Assembly: GCA_965248265.1 (NCBI GenBank)
Contig: CBDFJF010000002.1
Span: 2,112,001-2,176,000, forward strand
Direction of reading: 5' to 3'
DNA length: 64,000 bases
DNA from: Candidatus Latescibacterota bacterium
GTDB taxonomy: Bacteria; Latescibacterota; UBA2968; UBA8231
Part shown: positions 36,466 through 46,204 of the stretch, one piece after another
Layout: every line of letters begins with the position of its first letter
Position numbering within the stretch: the first letter of the stretch is position 1
Notes under the pieces: model-generated
Told to the model about the DNA's origin: nothing
What the model saw: only the letters and a program-made list of their open reading frames with translations
Database searches by the model: none
Program-made: the position numbers and the translations under genes

Positions 36466-38150
36466 AGGGACACTTTCAATTTTCCGTAGCGCTTCTGATC
36501 CTGTTCTCAGTCTGTTCGTCGTCGGAGGCGAAGGAGGGGGGGAGCGCTGGGACCGCGGTCGCGCCGCGCCGCTTTACGGAGGTGGGTGCGGATCTGGGTT
36601 TAACGCGACTCCACACTGGTGGCACCGATGAAAAGGGCTATATCGTCGAGGCCAAGGGGGGAGGAGCCGCCTGGTTGGACTTCGACGGCGACGGAGCTCT
36701 GGACATCTACTGGGCTAACGGGTCGACGCTGGACGACGCGCAAGGAGCTGGCAACGCCCTTTATCGCAACGCAGGCGACGGTTTCGTCGATGTGGCCATG
36801 GCGCTGGGCGCAGAGGGAAGGGGCTGGTCGATGGGTGCCGTCAGCGCCGACTACGACAACGACGGAGATGCGGATGTATATGTCACCAACCTGCAAGACA
36901 ACATTCTCTACCGCAATGACGGCGATGCTGGTTTCCAGGAAGTGGGTGGAGAGGCCGGTGCCGCTGCCGCCATCTGGAGCACGGGCGCGGCCTTCGGAGA
37001 TTACGACAGGGATGGGGATGTCGATCTCTACGTAGCTTCCTACGCGGAGTTCGACCCCGGGCAGATCCCGCACCTGGGAGCCTTGTGGAAGGGGGTGAGG
37101 GTGTTCGTCGGGCCGATGGGCCTGGTGCCAGAAGCGGATAGATTCTACCGCAACGACGACGGCCGCTTCGTTGACATCACCGGGGAGGCCGGCCTGGCGC
37201 AGCGGCAACCGGGTTACGGCTTCGGCGTGCTCTTCGTCGACTACGACGACGACGGGGACGCCGATCTCTTCGTCGCCAACGATTCCAGCCCCAACTTTCT
37301 CTACCGCAACGACGGCGACGGAACCTTCGCAGAGGTGGGGCTGCAGGCTCAGGTGGCGTACGGGGGGATGGGAATGCCGCAGGCCGGCATGGGTGTGGCC
37401 TGGGGCGATTTTGACGGTGATACACGTGCCGACATTTTCGCGACCCACTTCGAGGATGACTACAACACACTGTATCGCAACGAGGGTGGGGGCCTGTTCG
37501 TCGATGCTACGGTCGGGGCCGGATTGGGCAGGGCCAGTTTTCACTACGTGAGCTTCGGCAGTGGGTTCTTCGACTGGGACAACGACGGCGATCTGGACCT
37601 GCTGGTGGCCAACGGCCATGTCTATCCCCAGATAGAGCGTTCGGGTAGTGGCATCAGTTACGCCCAGCCCGACCAGCTCTTCGACAATCGCGGTGGGGGG
37701 CGTTTCGAAATGCTGCTGCCGGGAGCCGGAGACAGTCTGGGCACGGCCAGGGTGAGCCGCGGGAGTGCCATCGCCGACTACGACAACGACGGCGATCTGG
37801 ATATGCTCATCGCCCACCTCAACGACCGGCCGGCGCTTTGGCGCAACGACGTGGGAAACAGGCAGAACTGGCTGGGTGTGAAGTTAAATGGCAGTAGAAG
37901 CAATCGGGGCGGAATCGGCGCCCGGCTGCGCCTGACGGCGGGAGGCCGGGTGCAGGTCCGCGATGTTATCTGCGGGAGCAGTTTTCTCTCCAGCGAGGAC
38001 CCGCGGGCGCACTTTGGACTGGGCCAAATCGCCACGGTGGATTCACTCGAGGTGCGCTGGCCGAGCGGGACTGTCCAGGTGTTGAGAGACGTGGGGATCA
38101 ATCAGTACCTGGTTGTGGAGGAGGGCGAATACCCCGAGCCTAGCCACTGA
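36462..38150 (+). CDS. CRTAC1 family protein (FG-GAP/VCBS repeats + ASPIC/UnbV domain)
   Basis: Repeated DYDNDGDxD..V.N..LYRN units; C-terminal N.GGIGAR..SFLS..HFGLG..VRWPSG. Confidence 0.9.
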   Translation: MKGHFQFSVALLILFSVCSSSEAKEGGSAGTAVAPRRFTEVGADLGLTRLHTGGTDEKGYIVEAKGGGAAWLDFDGDGALDIYWANGSTLDDAQGAGNALYRNAGDGFVDVAMALGAEGRGWSMGAVSADYDNDGDADVYVTNLQDNILYRNDGDAGFQEVGGEAGAAAAIWSTGAAFGDYDRDGDVDLYVASYAEFDPGQIPHLGALWKGVRVFVGPMGLVPEADRFYRNDDGRFVDITGEAGLAQRQPGYGFGVLFVDYDDDGDADLFVANDSSPNFLYRNDGDGTFAEVGLQAQVAYGGMGMPQAGMGVAWGDFDGDTRADIFATHFEDDYNTLYRNEGGGLFVDATVGAGLGRASFHYVSFGSGFFDWDNDGDLDLLVANGHVYPQIERSGSGISYAQPDQLFDNRGGGRFEMLLPGAGDSLGTARVSRGSAIADYDNDGDLDMLIAHLNDRPALWRNDVGNRQNWLGVKLNGSRSNRGGIGARLRLTAGGRVQVRDVICGSSFLSSEDPRAHFGLGQIATVDSLEVRWPSGTVQVLRDVGINQYLVVEEGEYPEPSH

Positions 38151-40081
38151 CAAGTTGTAGCACCAGTGCGTACAGCGCCATCACGCCCTGCGGCACCCAC
38201 TCGCCGATGATGAGCCCGAGAAAAAAGGGGCGCAGGGCCTTGAAGAGCCGCGGTCCCCCGTATTTGAGGGCTGCGCTCTTGATCGCCCAAGCGAGCAAAA
38301 TGCTGAGGAACATTTTGTTGGCGGCGACGCTGATGGGGAAGGCGATCGGGTGAAAGGGCCACCAGACGAAGCGGTGCCGGGCGACAGGCACCGAGTCCGG
38401 CGTGGCCCCAGTACTCCCAGCTGGGCTCCGTCATCGTCCCGAGCCGCCCCGCGGCATCCTCCCAGGGCCGCAGCGTCTGGCCGCGGAAGTACCATGACGT
38501 GTTCAGCCCCCCGTGCTCGTAGGCCAGATCGAGCACCAGCCACACGGCACTGAACAGCGTTACAACGACGGCAATCAACATGCTCCAAAAGAGCAGCCGC
38601 CGCCCTTGCTGTACCGTCTCCTCGATCACCTTGAGCCCGTTGGCCGCCGAGGTCATCACCAGCAGGATCATGTCACTGGCCCAGGCATACGTGAAACCCA
38701 GGGCGATGATGCCGCCCGGCTGCAAGGCGCGGGTGCCGAGGCCGCCGACGATGGCGTCCGAGGCGACGATGGGGATCAGGAACTGGGCGACGCCACCTTC
38801 GGCGATGATGCGGGTAATCCCCAGATAGATGATGAAGGCGATGAACAGGTAGAGGGGAGTGATCCAGGCCGGCATGCCCGCGCGCCACATCCAGAAGGCC
38901 ATGAACCCCAGGCTGCCGAGCGTCGCCAGCACGGCGGCGCGATACGACATGATCTCGCCGACGTCATCTTCGCCCTCGCGCTTGAGTCCGATGGTGTGGC
39001 GCAGCACCAGCAGGAGATGGTGACGGGCGTTCCACAGGCCTACCCCCACGAGGGCGACGAAGGCGCCCAGGCCCTCGAAGGCGAAGGTGGACTCCTGCGA
39101 CCACGAGCTCCACAAGGGGTCTTGCTCGCGGGGGCCTTGCAGGGTGGATAAGATCTGGTAACCCACATAGACGACGAAGAAGAAGCACAGCCCGAGGCTG
39201 ATGTCGCGGCGGATGAAGTAGGCGAAACCGATCATCATGAAGCTGATGCCCATGCGGATGCCGACGGTCTCGCGGAAGAAGTAGAAGTAGGTGCCGCCGA
39301 CATGGATGTAGTCGATGGGGAAGTGGCGGGCGAGGCCGTTGTTCATGTTGATGATGAACGGAACGATGAACCCGGCCCAGAACAACCAGTTTCTGAACAG
39401 CGGTTTGATCAGGGAGGGTCTTCGACCCTCATCGTCCAGGATCATGGCGATGGGCAGCTGGATCATCGGGTAGGACAGGCGCTCGTGGTTGATCCACTGC
39501 TTGCGCAGGATGACGACGATGGCAATCATGGCGATGTAGAGGGACAGCATCAGGGGCAGCCACTGGAGCAGAGCCGGCAGCCACAGGCCCCAGGCCACGG
39601 AGACGCCGCTGCGGCCCTCGTAGAAATCCTTGAGCAGCTCGCCGTCCTTGGTGGGGATGGCCCAGTCGGGGACGAGAGGCAGGATCACCTCCGTCCAGTT
39701 GTTCTCGGGCGAGGCGTAGTAAGCGAGGGTGGTGATCTCGGGCAGGAACGGGCCGACGAAAGCCGATGTAGTGACGGCCGAACCGACCGTCCACATGACG
39801 AAGATCTGTGTCAGCTCAGCTGGCCTCAGCATCCAGCTGCGCCGTACCAGCCCCACGGCCGGGTTCACGATCAGCGCCATCATGAACAGCATGATATTGG
39901 CGCCAATGGTGTAGTACCAAACGGCGAAGGCAAAGCCGCCCAGCACCATATCGCAGTACTGAAAGCCAGCACCCACGATTAAGCAACCGAGAGAGCCGAC
40001 GGCGAGGCCGCGGTAGCTACAACCTGAGCCGGAGGGCGAGTGGATCACGCCGCCTGGCACGCCGTGCCCACTGCGAGGCAC
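38140..40081 (-). pseudogene. DUF6785/DUF6784-like (OPT-like peptide transporter) membrane protein, frameshifted near the C-terminus
   Basis: YYASPEN, KQWINHERLSYP. Frame breaks at ~38386; WWPFHPI..RPFFLGLI continues in another frame to TAG at 38140. Confidence 0.75.
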
Positions 40082-40087
40082 CTTACA

Positions 40088-41746
40088 TCACTCTTTCTTG
40101 GGCTCTTCAAGGTCAATTAACTGATTCACCCCAACAGCACCCATTTCGAGCAGGTTTCCATTGGGAAGAGTGGCCACGATCCTGTCGATGACGGTGCGAC
40201 GTCCGAGACCGAAGTGTACGACCAGATCATTCTGGGAAAGGTAGCTGGAACCACTCTTCACGTCGGCAATCTGAGCTAGCTCACCGGCGACTACCCTAAC
40301 TCGCGTACCGATTCCCGAACGATTGCTGGCTGTACCCACAACACGCACCTTGATCCAGTTGTTGCGGTTGCCGCCATCGTTCCTGAAAAGCTGTGGTTTA
40401 TCGTTGCTAGTCGTGACCAGTATGTCGATATCGCCGTCATCGTCATAATCTCCGAAGGCCGCACCGCGACTCGACGCCTTGCGTGAAAAGTCCCCTCCCA
40501 CGTGGTCGGTGACCTCCTCGAAAGTGCCGCTCGTCAGGTTTTTGAAAAGGTGATTCGTCTGTTCGTACGTGGTCTCGGGATGAAATGACTCGACGTTGTA
40601 TTCGACATGTCCATTGGCGATGAAAAGATCCTTGTAGCCGTCGTTGTCATAGTCGAAAAAGCACGTGCCCCAACCCAACGAAGGGAGGGTTTTCTCGCCC
40701 GTTCGGGAGACATAGGAAACATCCGAGAAAAAACCATCACCATCATTGTGATATAGCGTTGCTGTCTGGTCCTGAAAATTGGTGACTACGATGTCCAGAA
40801 ATTCATCGTTGTCGTAATCTCCAAAGTCGACACCCATACCGCTCTCCATCTCGCCGTTCTCACTCAGAGCGACTCCACCATGGTAGGCTGTATCGGAAAA
40901 AGTGCCATCGCCGTTATTGTGGAAGAGGTAGTTCTCGTTGGTGTCATTGGCGACGTAAAAATCGAGATAGCCGTCGTTGTCGTAGTCGCCCCAAACAACA
41001 CCAAGTCCTCGGCCGCGCGGTTTGTGCACTCCCGCTTCGGTAGTGATGTCGGTGAAGGTGTCGTCTCCAGTGTCGTTTCCATTGTTTCGATAGAGCACAT
41101 CTGCGGACCCGGAAAAATCCTGTGGTCTGCAATACGTCAAGATCCCTCTGATCTCGCACGTTTTGTTTTTCTCGAGGGCGAACTGAACGTAGTTGGTGAC
41201 GTAGAGGTCCAGGTCACCATCCCTGTCAAAATCCGCGAAAGCGCAGGAAGCTCCCCAGCGCCCGTCTCCTACGCCGGCACGGTCGGTGACATCGGCAAAG
41301 GTGCCATCACCATTGTTGGAGTAGAGGATGTTGCTGCCGAAATTGGTCACGGACAGGTCGAGATAGCCATCGTTGTCGGTGTCTCCTCCGCAAACTCCAA
41401 CACCGTAAGCGGCGTCGCCGACGCCAGCAGATTTTGTCACATCAGTGAAGGTCGCGTCGCCCTCGTTGCGATACAGGGCATTCGTCGGCGGGGTGTTGGA
41501 CTGAAAACCGGGCAGATCGGCCCCATTCACGAAGTAAATATCCAGATCGGCATCGTTGTCGTAGTCGAGGAAGGCTGCGCCGGACCCCAGCTCTTCGACA
41601 AAATAGAACCTTCCACTTCTGCCATCGGTGTGCTTGAAATGGATGCCGGATGCCGCGGTGACATCGGTGAATGTCGGTGTTTGGGCAAAAAGCATCGTAC
41701 ACATACAGCAGAACATGATGAGGACAAGCAGAGCGTAACGGATCAT
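40088..41746 (-). CDS. CRTAC1 family protein (FG-GAP + ASPIC/UnbV)
   Basis: FTDVT..SGI; DYDNDG repeats; NRSGIGTRV..SYLSQ..HFGLG. Confidence 0.9.
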   Translation of the reverse strand: MIRYALLVLIMFCCMCTMLFAQTPTFTDVTAASGIHFKHTDGRSGRFYFVEELGSGAAFLDYDNDADLDIYFVNGADLPGFQSNTPPTNALYRNEGDATFTDVTKSAGVGDAAYGVGVCGGDTDNDGYLDLSVTNFGSNILYSNNGDGTFADVTDRAGVGDGRWGASCAFADFDRDGDLDLYVTNYVQFALEKNKTCEIRGILTYCRPQDFSGSADVLYRNNGNDTGDDTFTDITTEAGVHKPRGRGLGVVWGDYDNDGYLDFYVANDTNENYLFHNNGDGTFSDTAYHGGVALSENGEMESGMGVDFGDYDNDEFLDIVVTNFQDQTATLYHNDGDGFFSDVSYVSRTGEKTLPSLGWGTCFFDYDNDGYKDLFIANGHVEYNVESFHPETTYEQTNHLFKNLTSGTFEEVTDHVGGDFSRKASSRGAAFGDYDDDGDIDILVTTSNDKPQLFRNDGGNRNNWIKVRVVGTASNRSGIGTRVRVVAGELAQIADVKSGSSYLSQNDLVVHFGLGRRTVIDRIVATLPNGNLLEMGAVGVNQLIDLEEPKKE

Positions 41747-43128
41747 TTGCTTTCAGTGCCGCTCTGGTTGTGAATGGTCCTCTGTATCTCGAGATACTCA
41801 GGCTGGCCGGGTTCGAGCTCGAGCGCCTTGGCGATGGCAGCTACTGCGTCGTCGTGCTTTCGGTTTTGGTGATAGGCGTGAGCGAGTGTAGCCCAATAGG
41901 GGCCAATCGGGTCCAATTCAACAGCTCTGCGGGCAAGCGCCATGGCCTCATCCAGCCGCTGACCCTGCTGGAGATAGTACCATGCGAGGGCATTGCAAGC
42001 CGGCGCAAAGTCCGGTTGGAGAGCGACTGTCCTTTCGAAGGACTGAATCGCGGCGTCGGTCTGCGCTTGTTTTTGGTAACTCCATCCAAGCTGATAGTGT
42101 GCCACCGCGAAATCGGGCTGCAATTCAACGGCTCGCTGCAGGTTAATCTGTGCGTCGGTCAACCGAGAAAGCCCCATATAGGCGGCTCCGAGTCCATAGT
42201 AGGGGTAAGCATCCGTCGGGCTCACAGCCACGAGTTGCTCGAATTCCTCTGCGGCCACGGTGAAATCCTGCAACTGAAGCGCCGTGGAGCCCAGCATGCG
42301 ACGAACCTCTACCGACTCCGGCTTCAGCTCGAGGTAGGCGCGATAACTTTGAACGGCGTCTTCCCATTCCTTCTGTTGAAACGCAATGGCGCCGACTTTG
42401 GCATGAGCAGGCGCGAACTCGGCATCCATGTCGAGCGCTCGTTGGTAGGCATTATTGGCTTCCCGTAAATCGCCTTTCTTGAGGGACTGCTCTCCCTCGA
42501 TGAACCGTTGCTGCGCTTTGATGGATTGGAAGGCCTTCAAGCGCCGTCTGCCTTCGTCTTGATTGCCCAAACGGAAATGTGCATTGGCCAGTTGATAGTA
42601 GGCGCCCGTATTGGTGGGATCGAGGTCAATCGCTTGTTCGTACTCGGGGATTGCTTCCGAAAAGTTTCCCTGCTGGGCGAGCAAAATACCCAATTTGTAG
42701 TGGGGTAAGGATCGGTCCGGGTCGATCTGGATGGCATGTCGATACTGTGCCAGCGCTTGTTCAAAGAGCCCTCGGCGCGCGAAGATCACACCCAGGTTGT
42801 AGTGGGCTTGAAGCAAGTTGGGCTGGAGCTGCAGGGCACGGGTATAGGATTCAATCGCCTCGTCGAGTTGGCCGATCTTGGAGTAGACGGTGCCCAGTTG
42901 TACATGCGCTGTGACATTTCGAGGGTCAATGTTCAAGGCCCGCGTCAGGTATTCGATCGCTTCGGGGAAATTGTTCTGTTTCCTGGATCGCTCCGCGGCT
43001 TCGATATGGGCCTGTACTTCCGATTCCGAATGGACAGGCCAGGCGCAGAACAACAGGAGCAGGTGAATGCTCCAGGTGACGCGCGACGCTTGTTGCCATG
43101 TCAAAACCATCCGAATGTCCCGGGCCAC
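41743..43128 (-). CDS. Exported TPR-repeat protein
   Basis: Canonical TPRs (AHYNLGVIF, PHYKLGILL, AYYQLANAH); hydrophobic N-terminus; ATGA overlap with the CRTAC1 gene. Confidence 0.9.
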   Translation of the reverse strand: MARDIRMVLTWQQASRVTWSIHLLLLFCAWPVHSESEVQAHIEAAERSRKQNNFPEAIEYLTRALNIDPRNVTAHVQLGTVYSKIGQLDEAIESYTRALQLQPNLLQAHYNLGVIFARRGLFEQALAQYRHAIQIDPDRSLPHYKLGILLAQQGNFSEAIPEYEQAIDLDPTNTGAYYQLANAHFRLGNQDEGRRRLKAFQSIKAQQRFIEGEQSLKKGDLREANNAYQRALDMDAEFAPAHAKVGAIAFQQKEWEDAVQSYRAYLELKPESVEVRRMLGSTALQLQDFTVAAEEFEQLVAVSPTDAYPYYGLGAAYMGLSRLTDAQINLQRAVELQPDFAVAHYQLGWSYQKQAQTDAAIQSFERTVALQPDFAPACNALAWYYLQQGQRLDEAMALARRAVELDPIGPYWATLAHAYHQNRKHDDAVAAIAKALELEPGQPEYLEIQRTIHNQSGTESK

Positions 43129-43144
43129 ATTGTACGCTTTGAGG

Positions 43145-45086
43145 TCACACGTTCACCTGCACTAGTTCAACGAGCGCCATCACGCCGCTGGGCATCCAAT
43201 CACCCATGATGAGGCCCAGAAAGAACGGACGCAGCTTGCGGAAGAGGCGTGGTCCTCCATAGCGAATCGCGGCGCTCTTCAGTATCCAGGCGACCAACAC
43301 ACTGATGAACATCTTGCCCATGGCAAAACTCACGGGAAAGCCGATCGGATGGAACGGCCACCAGAGGAAGCGGTGGCGGGCGAACATGAGCAGGGCCATG
43401 ACCACCGCACCGAGTGCCGTATGGCCCCAATAAGCCAGGTTCGGCTCGGTGTTGGTACCCATGCGCGCGGCGGCGTCCTCCCAGGGATAAAAACCCTGAT
43501 CCTTGAAGTAATGAGAGGTGTTGAATCCGCCGTGCTCATAGGATACATCCAGCATCATGCCGATGCCGCTGCACAGAGTCACGATCAGCCCGGCTATCAT
43601 ACTCCAGAACAGGAGGCGCCGACGGCGTCTGACGGTCTCTTCGATAACCTTGAGGCCGTTGGCCGCCGACACCATCACCAGAATGATCAGGTCGCTGGCC
43701 CAGGCATAAGTGAAAACCGAACGCGACGATACCGCCCGGCTCCAGGGCGCGCGTCCCGACACCGCCGACGATGACATCTGTGGCGATGATGGGTGGGAAA
43801 AACCAGGGCATGCCGCCCTCGGCGACGATTCTGGTGATACCGAGGTAGATGATGAAGGCGATGAGGATGAAGAGGGGAGCGATCCAGGCCGGCAACCCGA
43901 CACTCCACATCCACAGGGACATGAAGCTGAGGCTGCAGACAGCGGCGATGGCGGCAAAGCGGTAGGACATGATCTCGCCCGAGTCGTCTTCGGTGCCCAG
44001 ACCGATGGTGCGGCGCGCTACGCGCACGAGATGGTGACGGGCGTTCCACAGCCCGACGCCGACCAGCGCAACGAAGGCCCCCAGCCCCTGAAAGGCGAAG
44101 GACGAGGGTCCGTACTTCGACCACGGACTGATGATCGGGTCGAACTTGCCGCCTCCCTGGATCGTGGACACGATCTGGTAGCACACGTAGATGGCAAAGA
44201 AGAAGCACAACCCCAGCGTCACGTCGCGGCGGATGAAGTAGGCGAAACCGATCATCATGAAGCTGATGCCCATGCGAACCCTGACCGACTCGCGAAAGAT
44301 GTAGAAGTAGCCGCCGCTGATGTAGATGGGGTCGATGGGGAAGTAGCGGGCCAAGCCGTTGTGCATGCCGATGATGAAGGGCAGGGCGAACCCCAACCAG
44401 AACAACCAGTTCTTGAACAGCGGCTTGATCAGTCCCGGTCGCTGCGAGTCATCGTCCTGAATCATGGCGATGGGCAGCTGCATCATCGGGTAGACGAGCC
44501 GCTCGTGGTCGACCCACTGCTTGCGCAGGATGACGACGATGGAGATCATGGCCACGTGGAGGCTCAGTATGAGCGGCAACCAATGCAACAGGGGCGGCAG
44601 CCACAGTCCCCAGGGCACGGCGCCGTCGCTGCGGCCTTCGTAGAAGTCCTGCAACAACTCCGCGTCTTTGGAGGGAATGGCCCAGTCCGGCGCATGGGGA
44701 AGTACGAGTTCGCCCCAGTTGTTTTCGGGCGAGGCGTAGTAGGCGAGACTGGTGATTTGGGGCAGGAGCGGTGAGACGAAGCCGGATACGGTGACGGCCG
44801 AACCGACAATCCACATCACGTAGACCTGGGTCAATTCTGCAGGCGTCAGCATCCAGCTGCGGCGCATCAGACCCAGGGCCGGATTCACGAACAGCGCCAT
44901 CAGGAACAGCATGATGTTGGCGCCGATGGTGAAATGCCACCCTGAGAACGAGCCCGTGCGCAAAACCATGGAGCTGTACTGGAATCCGGCACCGACGACG
45001 AGGCACCCGAGGAGGCCGATGGCAAAGCCCCGCAGGCTGCAACCGGAGCCTGATCGCGAAACGTCGTTTACGGATGGAGCGGTCAC
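43145..45086 (-). pseudogene. DUF6785/DUF6784-like membrane protein with a +1 frameshift (or sequencing error)
   Basis: Extra T in GGTTTTCAC (A4 at 43713-43716). Removing it restores GFTYAWASD as in the paralog at 38140..40081 and gives a full-length ORF. Confidence 0.75.
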
Positions 45087-45303
45087 GGAGTCAACGCCTG
45101 ATCACCCTACTCTCCAAAGAACACCTTACCTTGTCTCATAGATCCTCTCCTCTGATCAGGCTGCGCTCCTCGCGCGACGTGCACTGAGCCAGTTGAACAG
45201 TCAGCATGATAACAGAGCCCCTCGGTCCGGACCAGTCCTCGTCTGGAACGAGTGTTGGGCAAGACCGAACGACTTGAGTTGACTCGGTAGAAAGGGATTG
45301 GCG

Positions 45304-46089
45304 ATGAAGATCACCTTCCTAGGGACTTGCGCCGGTACGGAGCCAATGGCCGGCAGACGACACAGCTCGTTCGTGGTCGAGCACGGCGGGGGACTCTATT
45401 GGTTCGACGCGGGAGAGAGCTGCGCCTATACAGCCCATCTGCTCGGGATCGATTTGCTCGCTACAAGGGCGATTTTCATCAGCCACCGGCACATCGACCA
45501 CATCGGGGGATTACCCAATCTGCTGTGGACGATCCGCAAGCTCAACACCCGCTCGGAGCTCGAGCCGAAGCCATGGCATGACATGACCCTACCGGTGTTC
45601 CTTCCCGACATGGGCACCTGGAAGGCAGTGTGGGAGCTGTTGAATCGGTACGCGGACTTCACTTTTACGATTGAACCTTCCCGGCCGCAGGACGGGTTGG
45701 TATTCGAAGGAGACGGACTGAAGGTTGTCGCGGCGCACAACCGCCACCTGGGCGAACCGGCCGAAGGCGAGCCCTGGGAGTCTTTCTCCTACCGCATCGA
45801 GGCAGAGGACGGCAAGCGCGTCGTATTCTCGGGTGACGTGGCAGACACATCGGAGTTGCAACCGCTTCTAGGTGGCGCCGACCTCGTGCTCATGGAGACC
45901 GGCCATCACACGGTCCAGGATGTATGTGTCTACCTGCGCGATTCCGGCCTGGCTCCCGACCAGCTGGGGTTCATCCATCACGGCAGGGCGATTCTTGCCG
46001 ATCCTGACGGGGAACTGAGGAAAGCCAAAAGCATACTCGGCGATGGAGTTTTCCTGGCAGAAGACGGCATGGTGCTCGAGTTGGATTGA
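45304..46089 (+). CDS. MBL-fold metallo-hydrolase (RNase Z-like)
   Basis: MKITFLGT; DAGE; SHRHIDH (HxHxDH); FSGD; later His. ATG 45304 chosen for RBS spacing. Confidence 0.85.
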   Translation: MKITFLGTCAGTEPMAGRRHSSFVVEHGGGLYWFDAGESCAYTAHLLGIDLLATRAIFISHRHIDHIGGLPNLLWTIRKLNTRSELEPKPWHDMTLPVFLPDMGTWKAVWELLNRYADFTFTIEPSRPQDGLVFEGDGLKVVAAHNRHLGEPAEGEPWESFSYRIEAEDGKRVVFSGDVADTSELQPLLGGADLVLMETGHHTVQDVCVYLRDSGLAPDQLGFIHHGRAILADPDGELRKAKSILGDGVFLAEDGMVLELD

Positions 46090-46204
46090 CGCCATGGTCC
46101 AGTAAACTACATACTGTAATCGAGGACGCTTCGATGACGGAAGCAACACCTGACGGCTACGCCTGCCGAAGGTGCACAACGCACCCATCTACGGACCAAG
46201 AGAG

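Noticed and set aside
38102-38386. C-terminus of the 659-aa ORF (CRPAPLRLVAL...)
   Set aside because: Out-of-frame read-through after the deletion; the homologous C-terminus is in the 38140..38391 frame.
43700-43730. Programmed ribosomal frameshift in the DUF6785 gene
   Set aside because: The two paralogs break at different sites and the third is intact; no conserved slippery signal.
46150-46190. GCCGAAGGTGCA resembling a glycine riboswitch core
   Set aside because: The GGAGA and CTCAGG elements are missing; only a small hairpin is present.
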